Positions 1 through 10,605 are shown, counted from the first letter of the stretch. The stretch is 64,000 nt of DNA from an uncultured Bacilli bacterium (GCA_934098385.1 CAKOOJ010000002.1:132501-196500), one strand, 5' to 3'. The notes: generated by a model not told the origin, from the letters alone. Numbers and translations: made by a program.

Positions 1-774
1 TGTTGCCATACTGAATTTAAATGACAAGAATGTTGTTAGAATTATTAATCCTATTAGTACTAAATATAAATAATTACCTGATTTAATTCCAACTAATGGT
101 GTTGTTCCTAATTGTAAACTCCATAAGTTTTCTTCAAATATAGCTGGTACCCTGTTTATTGCTTCTAAGAATGCAAAGAATAATGGCAATTGTATAAATG
201 ACACTAGACATCCACCAACTGGATTAATATCATATTTTTTATAAATTAACATTGTTTCTTGACTTTTTTGCATCATTGAATCTGAATCAGTTTTATCTTT
301 ATATTTCTTTTCAAGTTTTTCAAGTTCAGGTTGAGCTTTTTTCATATTTTCAGATTGTTTAGCAGTTTTAAGTGATAATGGTAATAAAATTATTCTTAGT
401 GCTAAACCAATTAACATTACTGATATACCATAATTTTTTACTAAAAGTCCTAATTTTATGATTAACCACGCAATTGGCATTACAAATAATTGTACCCATA
501 AACCATTGTAAGTTTTTTTATTATAAATTTTTAATTTCTCACAACTTGGTAAATCTTTTAACTTAACTTCCATATTTTTTTCATACTTTTCATAAATTGC
601 TGTTAATTCTTTTTCCTCTGGCTTACAAAGTATATTTGAAGTTAAGCTTTGACCTGTCTTTTCATTTGTTATTCTTTTTTTATCATTATCTGATAAGTAC
701 TTTGTACATCCTGTTGTTAGTGTTAATGCTAACATTATTATAAGTATTAATTTTTTTCCTGTGTTTTTTTTCAT
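1..774 (-). CDS. yidC: YidC/SpoIIIJ-type membrane insertase, lipoprotein form; partial (C-terminus lies beyond window start)
   Basis: Minus-strand frame is open from base 1 to ATG at 774-772; it is not in the ORF track because no stop lies in the window. My translation starts MKKNTGKKLILIIMLALTLTTGC (lipobox) and continues ...MPIAWLIIKLGLLVKNYGISVMLIGLALRIILLPLSLKTAKQSENMKKAQPELEKL, the conserved YidC core. ATGA start/stop overlap with rnpA; canonical rpmH-rnpA-yidC order. Confidence 0.85.
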   Translation of the reverse strand, partial: MKKNTGKKLILIIMLALTLTTGCTKYLSDNDKKRITNEKTGQSLTSNILCKPEEKELTAIYEKYEKNMEVKLKDLPSCEKLKIYNKKTYNGLWVQLFVMPIAWLIIKLGLLVKNYGISVMLIGLALRIILLPLSLKTAKQSENMKKAQPELEKLEKKYKDKTDSDSMMQKSQETMLIYKKYDINPVGGCLVSFIQLPLFFAFLEAINRVPAIFEENLWSLQLGTTPLVGIKSGNYLYLVLIGLIILTTFLSFKFSMAT

Positions 775-1097
775 ATATTCTCCTTTATCTTTCTTTCTAG
801 GTTGTTAAGTCTTTCCTCAAATGGAGTTTCTAAACACCCTTTCCTTATCATTATAATATAATCTGTGTTATTTTTAAATAAAGATTTTAATTTATCTATA
901 ATTTCTCTTGTTTGTCTTTTTAATTTATTTCTTGTGACTGCATTTCCAATCTTATTACTTATAGCAAGTCCAAACCTTATTTTTTCTAAATTGTTTTCCT
1001 TATAATATATAACATAGTCTTTTGTTTTAATAAATTTTCCAGTTTTTATAAGAGTTGTAAAATCTTTTTTTGATTTAATCATTTCTCTTTTTTTCAT
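771..1097 (-). CDS. rnpA: RNase P protein component
   Basis: 108 aa; GNAVTRNKLKRQTRE motif typical of RnpA; located between rpmH and yidC. Confidence 0.9.
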   Translation of the reverse strand: MKKREMIKSKKDFTTLIKTGKFIKTKDYVIYYKENNLEKIRFGLAISNKIGNAVTRNKLKRQTREIIDKLKSLFKNNTDYIIMIRKGCLETPFEERLNNLERKIKENI

Positions 1098-1141
1098 TTA
1101 ATCACATCCTTATAGATAAAAAACCACAATAAAATTGCGGT

Positions 1142-1264
1142 TTATTTACATAATACTTTGCGTCCCTTTTTTCTTCTTGATTTTAAAATATTCGTTTCTT
1201 TACGTGCAAAAAAGCCATGTTTTTTACTTTTTTTACGATTATTTGGTTGAAAAGTTCTTTTCAT
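1142..1264 (-). CDS. rpmH: 50S ribosomal protein L34
   Basis: Unlisted 40-codon minus-strand ORF. My translation [40 protein letters not shown] carries the L34 signature MKRTFQP..RK...HGF. It is divergent from dnaA. Track ORF 1217-1495(+) overlaps it and is spurious. Confidence 0.9.
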   Translation of the reverse strand: MKRTFQPNNRKKSKKHGFFARKETNILKSRRKKGRKVLCK

Positions 1265-1352
1265 AATTGCACCTCCACCTCTTTAAGCTTTTTTTATTTT
1301 AGTATATTTTTATATAGAAGTCAATTAAAAATTAAAAATTTCTTAAAAATAG

Positions 1353-1518
1353 TTTTCAACGTGGATTTGTTAATATCTTTTTTTGTTGTTAATATCATTT
1401 TGTGGAAATTGTGGATAAATAGCTTTTTATTAGATTTTATCTATGTTTCTTTGTTGATAAAATGTTTAAAAGATGTTGAAAATGCAAAAAAATGAAATTC
1501 GTGCTTTCTTTTTCAACA
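1353..1518. promoter_or_regulatory. Putative oriC DnaA-box cluster upstream of dnaA
   Basis: Perfect DnaA box TGTGGATAA (reverse complement of TTATCCACA) at 1410-1418, abutting TGTGGAAAT at 1401-1409. One-mismatch TGTTGATAA at 1452-1460. Relaxed TGTTGAAAA at 1474-1482, its complement TTTTCAACA at 1510-1518, and TTTTCAACG at 1353-1361. Almost pure A/T tract at 1321-1350. Confidence 0.7.
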
Positions 1519-1575
1519 AAAGTGTTTTAAAATAATGTTAGTTAACAAGCATAATCTTGAAAGCGGGGTGTTTTG

Positions 1576-2919
1576 ATGGATAATTTGTCTTGGGATTTGT
1601 TTCTAAGTAATATTAAATCTAAATTATCTTCTGTTTCATATAATACTTGGTTTAAAGAAACTAAATTATATAAGCAATCAGATGATTCTATTACAATTAT
1701 GGTACCTATGAGTTTTTATAAAGATTATTTAAATAAACATTATTATGATTTAATAGATAATATAATTACTAGTATTACTGGAAAGAGTTATGACATTAAT
1801 TTTATATCTGAAGATGATACTATTAATGACTCAATTGTTCAAGAGGATAATAAAAGTATTAAAAAAGATAGTTCTTTTCAATCTAATTTGAATCCTAATT
1901 ATACTTTTGATACATTTGTAATAGGAGATTCTAATAGATTTGCACAAACTGCTGCTGTTGCTGTTGCAGAACAGCCTGGTAAAGTTTATAATCCTTTATT
2001 TATTCATGGTAAAAGTGGACTTGGAAAAACTCACTTAATGCATGCAATAGGTAATTACATTATGGAAACAACGAATAAAAAAGTTTTATATGTGACAAGT
2101 GAAAAGTTTATTTCTGATTTTATTGATATTAACAGAAAAGATGCAGATAATTATGATATAATTGAGCATTTTAAAGAAAAATATAGAAATATAGATGTAT
2201 TAATTATAGATGATATACAATTTTTAGGAGGTGCAGTTAAATCTCAACAAGAATTTTTCCATACTTTTAATAATTTGTATGATTCTAATAAGCAGATAAT
2301 AATTAGTTCCGATAGGTCACCTGATGATTTAAAAGCATTGGAGGATCGTCTTAGAACTAGATTTAGATGGGGCTTAACTGCTAATATATTTCCACCTGAT
2401 TTTGATTTAAGATGTAAAATATTAAAAGATAAAATGTCTGGTTTAGAAGGTGCTAAACTAATAAAAGATGATGTAATAGAGTATATTGCTAATAATTGTG
2501 AAAGTGATGTTAGATATTTAGAGGGTTCTATAAGACGATTATTTGCATATGCGGCAATGTATAGTCCTAAAGAAATAAATTTAGAATTTGCGATAGAGGC
2601 TTTAAAAGATTATATCGGTTCTAGTGTATATAGTAATAGTAATATATCAAAGATTCAGAAGGCTGTTGCTGATTATTTTGATATAACTGTGGATAACTTA
2701 AAAAGTAAGAAACGTACTGCTAATATAAACAATGCAAGACAAATTGCTATTTACTTATGTCGTGTTATTACTGAGGAAACAACGACTAGAATAGGACTTG
2801 AATTTGGAAATAGAGATCATTCTACAGTACTTCATGCAATTGAAAAAGTTAGTAAAGATGTTAAAAATAATGATGAATTAAGAAGTCAATTAAATGAGAT
2901 TAAGAATAAGTTAGGTTAA
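1576..2919 (+). CDS. dnaA: Chromosomal replication initiator DnaA
   Basis: Walker A GKSGLGKTHL, Walker B LIIDDIQF, C-terminal DNA-binding signature GNRDHSTVLHA. ATG at 1576 lies 3 nt inside the track ORF, after GGGGTG. Confidence 0.97.
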   Translation: MDNLSWDLFLSNIKSKLSSVSYNTWFKETKLYKQSDDSITIMVPMSFYKDYLNKHYYDLIDNIITSITGKSYDINFISEDDTINDSIVQEDNKSIKKDSSFQSNLNPNYTFDTFVIGDSNRFAQTAAVAVAEQPGKVYNPLFIHGKSGLGKTHLMHAIGNYIMETTNKKVLYVTSEKFISDFIDINRKDADNYDIIEHFKEKYRNIDVLIIDDIQFLGGAVKSQQEFFHTFNNLYDSNKQIIISSDRSPDDLKALEDRLRTRFRWGLTANIFPPDFDLRCKILKDKMSGLEGAKLIKDDVIEYIANNCESDVRYLEGSIRRLFAYAAMYSPKEINLEFAIEALKDYIGSSVYSNSNISKIQKAVADYFDITVDNLKSKKRTANINNARQIAIYLCRVITEETTTRIGLEFGNRDHSTVLHAIEKVSKDVKNNDELRSQLNEIKNKLG

Positions 2920-3045
2920 TAATGTTGAAAAGTAAAAAGTTGTTAACATCTATTAATCACTTAAATAATGGCGATTAAGTTAGATATTAACAATTTCAAC
3001 ACCTATAATAATAATATGTTAATAAAAAAGAAAGAAGGAGATTTT

Positions 3046-4164
3046 ATGAAATTAACAATTAATAAAAATATTTTATTAGAAAGTTTGGTAAATGTAGTTA
3101 GAGCAATTAGTCCTAAAAATATTATTCCAATATTAAATGGTATAAAGTTTGAATTAACTAAAGAAGGATTAAATTTAATAGCAAGTGATAGTGATTTAAC
3201 TATTAAGAGTTTTATTCCTAGTAGCGATATTGAATCAATAGAAGAAGAGGGTACTATAATAATTCAAAGTAAGTATATTATAGATATTATTAGAAAATTA
3301 CCTAGTGATTTAATTAATATAGAAGTTGTAGATGGTTTAAAGATAAGAATTTATACAGATAATAGTCAATATAATTTAAATTGTTTAAATACTGAAGATT
3401 ATCCACAAATTGTATTAGAAGAAAGTAAAAATCCTATAACTATAAATAGTGAAATAATTAAAAATATGATTAAACAAACAATTTTTGCTGTTTCTATACA
3501 AGAATCTAGACCATTATTAACTGGATTAAATTTAAAAATAAATGGGAATGTTATGGAAGTAGTTGCAACAGATTCTTATCGACTTGCTAAAAAAACAATA
3601 ATTTTAGAAAATGAATACCCAGAAGTTGTTGATATTACTATTCCTGGTAAGAATATTAATGAATTTGATAAGATTATAAATGAAGATAGTGATGTAGAAT
3701 TACATTTATTTAGTAATAAAGTGTTATTTAAGTATAGAAATATTATATTTCAATCAAGTTTATTAAATGGTAATTATCCTAATACAAGTAATTTAATTCC
3801 TAATAATTTTAATATTATTATTAATTCTTCATTAAATAATTATTATGCTAGTATAGATAGAGCAGCATTACTTACTCAAAGTAAAGAAAAAAATATTGTT
3901 AGAATGGAAACTAATGGTAATGTTTTAAATGTTTCTAGTTTTGCTTCAGAAATTGGTAAAGTAGAAGATAAAATTGAAATTACAAAAAATACTGATGAAG
4001 ATATAGCTATTTCATTTAGTTCTAAATATATGTTAGAGGCTTTAAGAACATTTAATGATGAAGAACTTTTAATACTTTTAAATGATGATTCTTCTCCAAT
4101 AATATTAAAGTCAGTTCAAGATGAAAGTTTAATTCAATTAATTTTACCAATAAAAACATATTAA
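3046..4164 (+). CDS. dnaN: DNA polymerase III beta sliding clamp
   Basis: MKLTINKNILLESL... and ATDSYRLA motif. ATG at 3046 is preceded by GAAGGAG; the track ORF starts further upstream at 2968. Confidence 0.93.
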   Translation: MKLTINKNILLESLVNVVRAISPKNIIPILNGIKFELTKEGLNLIASDSDLTIKSFIPSSDIESIEEEGTIIIQSKYIIDIIRKLPSDLINIEVVDGLKIRIYTDNSQYNLNCLNTEDYPQIVLEESKNPITINSEIIKNMIKQTIFAVSIQESRPLLTGLNLKINGNVMEVVATDSYRLAKKTIILENEYPEVVDITIPGKNINEFDKIINEDSDVELHLFSNKVLFKYRNIIFQSSLLNGNYPNTSNLIPNNFNIIINSSLNNYYASIDRAALLTQSKEKNIVRMETNGNVLNVSSFASEIGKVEDKIEITKNTDEDIAISFSSKYMLEALRTFNDEELLILLNDDSSPIILKSVQDESLIQLILPIKTY

Positions 4165-4253
4165 ATTTTAAATATTGTTAATAATTCGACATTTATTAAC
4201 AATATTTTTTTTATTTATTTGATATAAGAGTATTTGTCAGGGAGGTGAGGGAT

Positions 4254-4709
4254 ATGAAAGACTATGAAATCAATAAGGAAACTTTAGCTATAATACCAAT
4301 TGGTGATAAAAAATCTAAAGTTATTGAGAAGAATGGTACTTACATAATTAATTCTAGACCAAATAAAGTGATGGATGCTAGTTGTAAGTATTATGGAAGT
4401 TCTTTTGAAGGTAGACAAAAGGGTACTTCTAATTTAACAGGTATTAGTTATAAAGCACCAATAATAGTACAAGAAGAAGGAAATATAATATTTTTTCCTA
4501 CAACAAGTCCTAGATTGAAAAAGTGTTGTTGGGTTTCTTTAAATAATATTGATTCTTATTATTATGATTTTGAAAAAAAGACATGTGTTATAATATTTGA
4601 TAACAAATCTAAATTAGAATTTGATATGTCATATTGTGTTTTAAACAATCAAATTTTAAAGTCACATAGATTAGAATCGATATCTAGTAAAAGAAGAGAT
4701 AAAAAATAA
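4254..4709 (+). CDS. comK: ComK-family competence transcription factor
   Basis: Aligns by eye to B. subtilis ComK: YEINKETLAIIP / CKYYGSSFEGRQKGT (Bsu CRFFGSSYAGRKAGT) / IIFFPTTSP (Bsu IFLFPTLSS) / CCWVS (Bsu CGWIS). ATG at 4254 follows GGGAGGTGAGGG. Confidence 0.85.
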   Translation: MKDYEINKETLAIIPIGDKKSKVIEKNGTYIINSRPNKVMDASCKYYGSSFEGRQKGTSNLTGISYKAPIIVQEEGNIIFFPTTSPRLKKCCWVSLNNIDSYYYDFEKKTCVIIFDNKSKLEFDMSYCVLNNQILKSHRLESISSKRRDKK

Positions 4710-4835
4710 TTATTATTTTTCTTTAAAATTGTTAAAAACGTTTTAAATATGTGTTTTTTATGGTATAATGTAAATAGGTATAGGAGTATTCGCAATACCT
4801 ATTTATTTATTATATTTATTAAAAGAGGGTTTAAA

Positions 4836-5930
4836 ATGGAAATAACATCTTTGAAACTTGTTAATTTTAGAAATTTTGATAGTTTAGAATTAAACTTTTC
4901 TAATAACAAAAATATAATTATTGGAGACAATGGTGTTGGAAAGACAAATATTGTAGAAGCAATATTTGTTTTAGCCTTGACAAAGTCATTTAGAACTAAT
5001 GATGATATGTTATTAGTTAAGAATGATAAAGATTATTTTAAAATAGAAGGTGTTGTTAAATCTACTTTTGTTAATAATTATAAAATTGTTTATCAAGATG
5101 CAATTAAAACTGTAAAAATAAATAATAATAAAATAAATAAGTTTAGTGATTATATATCTAATATTAATGTAATTTTGTTTAGTATAAATGATTTGAAGTT
5201 AATTAAAGATACTCCAAGTACTAGAAGAAAACTAATTAATTTAGAAATATCAGAATTAGATAATAATTATATTAAATATTTAAATTATTATAATAAGATA
5301 TTAAAACAAAGAAATTCTTATTTAAAATCCTTATATGGAAAACAAGTTAATTATGATTATTTAGGTATAATTGATAGTCAACTTGTTGATTATGGACTTA
5401 AGATAAGAGATATTAGAGATAAATTTGTTAATAATATTAATAATATCATTTCTTCAGTTCATGTTAAATTAGGTGGTAATAATGATTTAAATATTTATTA
5501 TAAGAGTGATTATCAAGATTTTGATAAAAAATATTTATTAAATTTATATGCTAAAAATATTAATAAAGATATTAATTTAGGATCTACGCAGATAGGTATT
5601 CATAAAGATGATTTTATATTTAATATAGATGGTAATGATATTAAAAATTTTGCAAGTGAAGGTCAACAAAAGAATAGTGTAATAGCTTTTAAACTTGCTG
5701 AGTTAGAAATTTTTAAGGAAAAAACTGGTGAATATCCTATATTGATATTAGATGATTTATTTAGTGAATTAGATATAAAGAAGATAAATAAGATTTTAAA
5801 TTATATTAGTGAAGATATTGAGACTTTTATTACAACTACTGATTTGAAAAAGATTAAAAAGTGTTATTTAAAGTCTAGTAAGATATTTGAATTTAAAAAT
5901 GGTGAGATAAAGGAGAGATATTATGAATGA
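4836..5930 (+). CDS. recF: DNA replication and repair protein RecF
   Basis: Walker [20 protein letters not shown] signature, [11 protein letters not shown] Walker B; conserved dnaN-recF-gyrB context. ATG at 4836 after AGAGGG. Confidence 0.92.
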   Translation: MEITSLKLVNFRNFDSLELNFSNNKNIIIGDNGVGKTNIVEAIFVLALTKSFRTNDDMLLVKNDKDYFKIEGVVKSTFVNNYKIVYQDAIKTVKINNNKINKFSDYISNINVILFSINDLKLIKDTPSTRRKLINLEISELDNNYIKYLNYYNKILKQRNSYLKSLYGKQVNYDYLGIIDSQLVDYGLKIRDIRDKFVNNINNIISSVHVKLGGNNDLNIYYKSDYQDFDKKYLLNLYAKNINKDINLGSTQIGIHKDDFIFNIDGNDIKNFASEGQQKNSVIAFKLAELEIFKEKTGEYPILILDDLFSELDIKKINKILNYISEDIETFITTTDLKKIKKCYLKSSKIFEFKNGEIKERYYE

Positions 5931-7839
5931 GTATAATGAAAGCGATATTCAAGTACTTGAAGGCTTAGAAGCTGTTAGAAAAAGACCTGGTATGTATATT
6001 GGTACAACCGATGTTAAGGGGCTACATCATTTAGTTTGGGAGATTGTAGATAATTCAATCGATGAAGCTTTAGCTGGATATTGTAAAAACATTGAAATAA
6101 TTATTAATAAAGATAATTCAATTACAGTTAGAGATGATGGACGTGGTATTCCTGTAGGAATTCATCCTAAAACTGGTATTTCAACTGTTGAAACAGTCTA
6201 TACGGTATTGCATGCTGGTGGTAAATTTGGTGGTGGAGGCTATAAGGTATCTGGTGGTCTTCATGGTGTTGGCGCTAGTGTTGTTAATGCTTTATCAAAA
6301 TGGGTAATTGTTAGAGTTTATAAAGATGGAAAAATTTATGAAGCTAAATTTGAAAATGGTGGAAAAACTACTCAAAAATTAACTATTATTGGTGAATGTG
6401 ATATTAATAGAACTGGTACTAGTGTTAAATTTAAACCAGATCCAGAAATATTTGATACTGAAATATATGATTATGAAACTTTAAAAGTTAGAGTTAGAGA
6501 ATTAGCATTCTTAAATAGGGGTTTACAATTAACTTTAAGAGATGATAGAGATGAAGAAGATACACAAGGAGATAAGTTTTTATATGAAGGTGGAATTAGT
6601 GAATATGTTAAATTCTTAAATAAAAATAAAACTCCTATTCATGAACAAGTTATACATTTAGAAGGTGAAGAAGCAGGTATTTTCTTTGAAGTTGCCATGC
6701 AGTATAATACTGGGTATTCAGATAATATTTATTCATTTGTTAATAACATTAATACACATGATGGTGGAACTCATGAAGAAGGTGTTAGACGTGCTTTAAC
6801 TAGAATTATTAATAATTATGCTAGAAAGAATAATATATTAAAAGAAAAAGATGAATCTTTGACTGGTGATGATGTTAAAGAGGGATTAACAATGATTGTT
6901 TCTTGTAAACATCCTAATCCACAATTTGAAGGTCAAACTAAAGGTAGACTTGGAAATAGTGAAGTTAGAAAAATTGCTGATAGTGTATTTTCTAAGGGAT
7001 TTGAACGTTTCTTAATGGAAAATCCTAATGAAGCTAAAATTATTATTGAGAAAGCTATTATTGCTTGTCGTGGTAGACTTGCTGCAAAAAGAGCACGTGA
7101 GGTTACACGTAAAAGTGATATAAGTGTGACTAGTAATTTCTTTGGTAAACTTTCTGATTGTAAGAGTAAGGATCCAAAAGTTTCTGAAATATTTATAGTC
7201 GAGGGAGATAGTGCCGGTGGTTCTGCTAAAAAAGGTAGAGATTCTATGACACAAGCTATACTTCCTTTAAGAGGTAAAATATTGAATGTAGAAAAAGCTA
7301 GATTAGATAAAGCACTAGGTAATGAAGAAATTAGAACTATAATAACTGCTTTTGGAACTGGTATAGGTCAAGAATTTGATTTATCAAAATTAAGATATGA
7401 CAAAATAATTATAATGACCGATGCCGATGTTGATGGAGCACATATTAGAGTATTGTTATTAACATTATTTTATAGATTTTTCCGTCCTATTGTTGAAGCA
7501 GGTCATGTTTATGCAGCTCAACCTCCATTATTTAGAATAATGCATGGAAAAACAAGAAAATATGTATTAGATGAAGATGAAAAAGAAGCATATTTAAGAA
7601 GTTTACCTGAAAATATTCGTTCAAGAGCTGAGATTGCTCGAATGAAAGGTTTAGGAGAAATGGATGCTGCTGAATTAAATGAAACAACAATGGATATAAA
7701 TCAAAGAATTTTAAGAAAGATTACTGTTGATGATTGTGTTAGTGCAGACCAAATATTCTCTTCATTAATGGGAGAAGATGTTGAACCTAGAAAAGAATTT
7801 ATTGAAGCTAATGCTAATTACGCAGAGTTAGATATTTAG
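5923..7839 (+). CDS. gyrB: DNA gyrase subunit B
   Basis: [50 protein letters not shown] motifs; 8-nt overlap with recF stop. Confidence 0.98.
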   Translation: MNEYNESDIQVLEGLEAVRKRPGMYIGTTDVKGLHHLVWEIVDNSIDEALAGYCKNIEIIINKDNSITVRDDGRGIPVGIHPKTGISTVETVYTVLHAGGKFGGGGYKVSGGLHGVGASVVNALSKWVIVRVYKDGKIYEAKFENGGKTTQKLTIIGECDINRTGTSVKFKPDPEIFDTEIYDYETLKVRVRELAFLNRGLQLTLRDDRDEEDTQGDKFLYEGGISEYVKFLNKNKTPIHEQVIHLEGEEAGIFFEVAMQYNTGYSDNIYSFVNNINTHDGGTHEEGVRRALTRIINNYARKNNILKEKDESLTGDDVKEGLTMIVSCKHPNPQFEGQTKGRLGNSEVRKIADSVFSKGFERFLMENPNEAKIIIEKAIIACRGRLAAKRAREVTRKSDISVTSNFFGKLSDCKSKDPKVSEIFIVEGDSAGGSAKKGRDSMTQAILPLRGKILNVEKARLDKALGNEEIRTIITAFGTGIGQEFDLSKLRYDKIIIMTDADVDGAHIRVLLLTLFYRFFRPIVEAGHVYAAQPPLFRIMHGKTRKYVLDEDEKEAYLRSLPENIRSRAEIARMKGLGEMDAAELNETTMDINQRILRKITVDDCVSADQIFSSLMGEDVEPRKEFIEANANYAELDI

Positions 7840-7850
7840 GAGGTGTAGGT

Positions 7851-10451
7851 ATGGAAGAAGAAAATAAAGATATAATTGAAGAAACTAATAAAAATGAGGA
7901 AACAAATGAAATTGTTAGTGAAAATGTAGATAAAACTGAAGATCCTTCTTATTTTAGTGGTGAATTTCATGAAAGAGATAAATTAAGTGAAAATAACATT
8001 GTTGAAGAAGTAAAAAAATCTTTTCTTGACTATTCTTTGAGTGTTATTACATCTCGTGCTATTCCAGATTTGAGAGACGGTTTAAAACCAGTTCATAGAC
8101 GTATTTTATGGTCTATGTTTGATTCTGGTTATACTCCAGATAAACCACATCGTAAATGTGCTAAATCAGTCGGTGAAGTTATGGGTAATTATCATCCTCA
8201 TGGAGATTCATCTATATATGAAGCTATGGTAAGAATGGCACAAGATTTCAACATGAGATATTTGTTAATTGATGGCCATGGAAACTTTGGTAATATTGAA
8301 GGTGATGGAGCAGCTGCTTATCGTTATACAGAATCAAGACTTTCTAAACTTTCTTTGGAAATGTTAAGAGATATTAGAAAAGATACTGTTGATATGACTC
8401 CTAACTTTGATGAGTCTTTAAAAGAACCAGTTGTTTTGCCATCAAGATTTCCTAATATATTAGTAAATGGAGCAATGGGGATTGCTGTTGGTATGGCTAC
8501 AAATATTCCTCCACATAATTTAACAGAGGTTATAAATGGTTGTATTGCATACATTGATAATCCAGATATAGATACTTTAGGGTTAATGGAGCATATTAAA
8601 GGTCCTGATTTTCCAGTAGGCGGTATAATACTTGGTAATTCGGGCATTAGACGTGCATATGAGACAGGTAGAGGTACAATTACTATAAGAAGTAAGGCAA
8701 TGATAGAAGAACACGGAAATCATAGTAATATCGTTATTACAGAGGTGCCTTATGGTGTAAATACCTTAGATTTGAAAAATAAGGTTGCTGAACTTGTACA
8801 CAATAAAGTTATTGAAGGAATTAGTGATTATCATACTGATTTAAAAGATGGTGTAAAAATAACAATAACTTTAAAGAAGGATGCAAATGCTCAAGTAGTT
8901 TTAAACAATTTATATAAGCATACTTCTTTTCAAACAAATTATAGTATAATTTTATTAATGATTGATGGTAAAACTCCTAAAGTATTAGGTCTTAAGGATA
9001 TTATCGCTAAGTATATAGATTATCAAAGAGAAGTTATAATAAGAAGAACTAAATTTGATTTGAAAAAAGCTGAAGATAGAGTACATATTTTAAATGGTTT
9101 AAAGATTGCTTTAGATCATATTGATGAAGTTATTAAAATAATAAAGGAATCTTCAACTGACCAAGTAGCTAAAACGACTTTAATGTCTAGATTTGGTTTA
9201 AGTGAAATTCAAGCTGATAGTATTCTTGAATTGAAATTAAGACGTTTAACTGGTCTTGAAAGGGGAAAAATTGAAGATGAATTGAAAGATTTATTGGAAA
9301 AAATTGAATATTACAATAGAGTTTTATCTTCTGAAGAGATGGTGTTAGGTATTGTAAAGGATGAATTAACTGAAATTAGAGATAAATATGGTGATGATAG
9401 AAGAACAACTATTGATATGACTGCTATTGATTATATTGAAGATGAATCTTTAATACCTGAAGAAAATATCATTGTGACGTTAACAAATAAAGGATATATC
9501 AAACGTTTGTCCGCTAATTCTTATAAATCTCAACATCGTGGTGGCGTAGGTGTAAAGGGAATGTCAACTAATGAAGAAGATTATGTTGAACATATGATAA
9601 ACTTATCCACACATGATTATTTATTATTTTTCACTAATAAGGGTAAAGTTTACAGAATGAAAGGTTATGAAATACCTGAGTATAGTCGACAAGCAAAGGG
9701 ATTACCTATTATTAATTTATTGCAAATTGAAAAAGATGAGTCTATTAATTCTTTAATTAAAATGAGTAATGATGATGATTATAAATTCTTAGTATTTGGT
9801 ACTAAAAAGGGATTTATAAAGAAAACTTTAATTAGTGAATTTGAGAATATAAGAAACAGTGGTAAGATTTGTATTTCTTTACGTAATAATGACGAGTTAA
9901 TTGGTGTAAAGAAATCCACAGGAAATGAATATATTATGATGGGTTCTTCTGAAGGTCGTATGGCTGTATTTAGTGAGGATGAAATACGTGTTATGGGTCG
10001 TACAGCTTCAGGCGTTAGAGGTATTAATTTAGTTGATGCTGATTGCGTTGGTATTGAAGTTGTATCTTTGGATAATAATATTCTCATTGCTACTAAAAAA
10101 GGTTATGGTAAGAAAACGTTAGTTAGCGAATTTAGAACAACAAAACGTGGTAGTAAAGGTGTAAAAGCACTTAATATAACAGAGAAGAACGGTTCTTTAG
10201 TGTCATTTAAAATTATTGATGATAATCAAGATTTAATGATTATTACTAATTCAGGAATGATTATAAGACTATCTTTAAATCAAATAAGTCAATTAGGTCG
10301 TGTGACTCAAGGTGTTAGGTTAATTAATTTAAAAGATAGTCAATATGTTTCAACAATTAGTATCGTCGACAAAGAAGAGGAATCAAATACTGATGAAAAC
10401 AGTAATGATTTATCCACAATAAATGAAAGCAATAACGAAAAGAGCGAATAA
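7851..10451 (+). CDS. gyrA: DNA gyrase subunit A, with acidic N- and C-terminal extensions
   Basis: RDGLKPVHRRIL, GNYHPHGDSSIYE (QRDR), AAAYRYTESRL (active-site Tyr), repeated C-terminal beta-pinwheel blades; strong RBS AGGAGGTG before ATG 7851. Confidence 0.98.
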   Translation: MEEENKDIIEETNKNEETNEIVSENVDKTEDPSYFSGEFHERDKLSENNIVEEVKKSFLDYSLSVITSRAIPDLRDGLKPVHRRILWSMFDSGYTPDKPHRKCAKSVGEVMGNYHPHGDSSIYEAMVRMAQDFNMRYLLIDGHGNFGNIEGDGAAAYRYTESRLSKLSLEMLRDIRKDTVDMTPNFDESLKEPVVLPSRFPNILVNGAMGIAVGMATNIPPHNLTEVINGCIAYIDNPDIDTLGLMEHIKGPDFPVGGIILGNSGIRRAYETGRGTITIRSKAMIEEHGNHSNIVITEVPYGVNTLDLKNKVAELVHNKVIEGISDYHTDLKDGVKITITLKKDANAQVVLNNLYKHTSFQTNYSIILLMIDGKTPKVLGLKDIIAKYIDYQREVIIRRTKFDLKKAEDRVHILNGLKIALDHIDEVIKIIKESSTDQVAKTTLMSRFGLSEIQADSILELKLRRLTGLERGKIEDELKDLLEKIEYYNRVLSSEEMVLGIVKDELTEIRDKYGDDRRTTIDMTAIDYIEDESLIPEENIIVTLTNKGYIKRLSANSYKSQHRGGVGVKGMSTNEEDYVEHMINLSTHDYLLFFTNKGKVYRMKGYEIPEYSRQAKGLPIINLLQIEKDESINSLIKMSNDDDYKFLVFGTKKGFIKKTLISEFENIRNSGKICISLRNNDELIGVKKSTGNEYIMMGSSEGRMAVFSEDEIRVMGRTASGVRGINLVDADCVGIEVVSLDNNILIATKKGYGKKTLVSEFRTTKRGSKGVKALNITEKNGSLVSFKIIDDNQDLMIITNSGMIIRLSLNQISQLGRVTQGVRLINLKDSQYVSTISIVDKEEESNTDENSNDLSTINESNNEKSE

Positions 10452-10465
10452 TTCGTTCTTTTTTT

Positions 10466-10496
10466 ATGTTTCACGTGAAACATGTTTTTATTTTTT
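10466..10496 (+). terminator. Probable gyrA intrinsic terminator (hairpin formed by first parS palindrome plus T-run)
   Basis: ATGTTTCACGTGAAACAT hairpin followed by GTTTTTATTTTTT, 15 nt after the gyrA stop. Confidence 0.5.
10467..10482. other. parS: parS (ParB/Spo0J-binding centromere-like site), copy 1
   Basis: Perfect palindrome TGTTTCACGTGAAACA matches the parS consensus TGTTNCACGTGAAACA. Confidence 0.8.
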
Positions 10497-10589
10497 ATAA
10501 ATAAACTCTTATTGTAGCATTTTCTTATAAATGTTTTTTATATAAAATTATTCTTTTATTATCTTTTTTTATAGTTAGTGTAGATTTAA

Positions 10590-10605
10590 TGTTTCACGTG
10601 AAACA
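10590..10605. other. parS: parS, copy 2
   Basis: Identical TGTTTCACGTGAAACA with flanking A/T making an 18-bp palindrome; followed by TGTTAACAAC. Confidence 0.8.

Noticed and set aside
1217-1495. 92-aa + strand ORF in the rpmH-dnaA intergenic region
   Set aside because: It overlaps the clear L34 gene on the opposite strand and runs through the DnaA-box cluster. The sequence is low-complexity and F/L/I-rich, as expected from AT-rich non-coding DNA.
7012-10087. Antisense ORFs inside gyrB and gyrA (7012-7254, 8324-8647, 9779-10087). Also similar antisense ORFs elsewhere: 13404-13652, 17153-17338, 18542-18838, 19466-19696, 20583-20768, 33082-33345, 36092-36559, 40202-40387, 44045-44227, 44691-44984, 54425-54619, 55376-55600, 55706-55966, 59536-59727.
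   Set aside because: Each lies opposite a gene with strong family motifs. None has an RBS or recognisable domain, and their composition mirrors the complementary codons of the real gene. I treat them as shadow ORFs.
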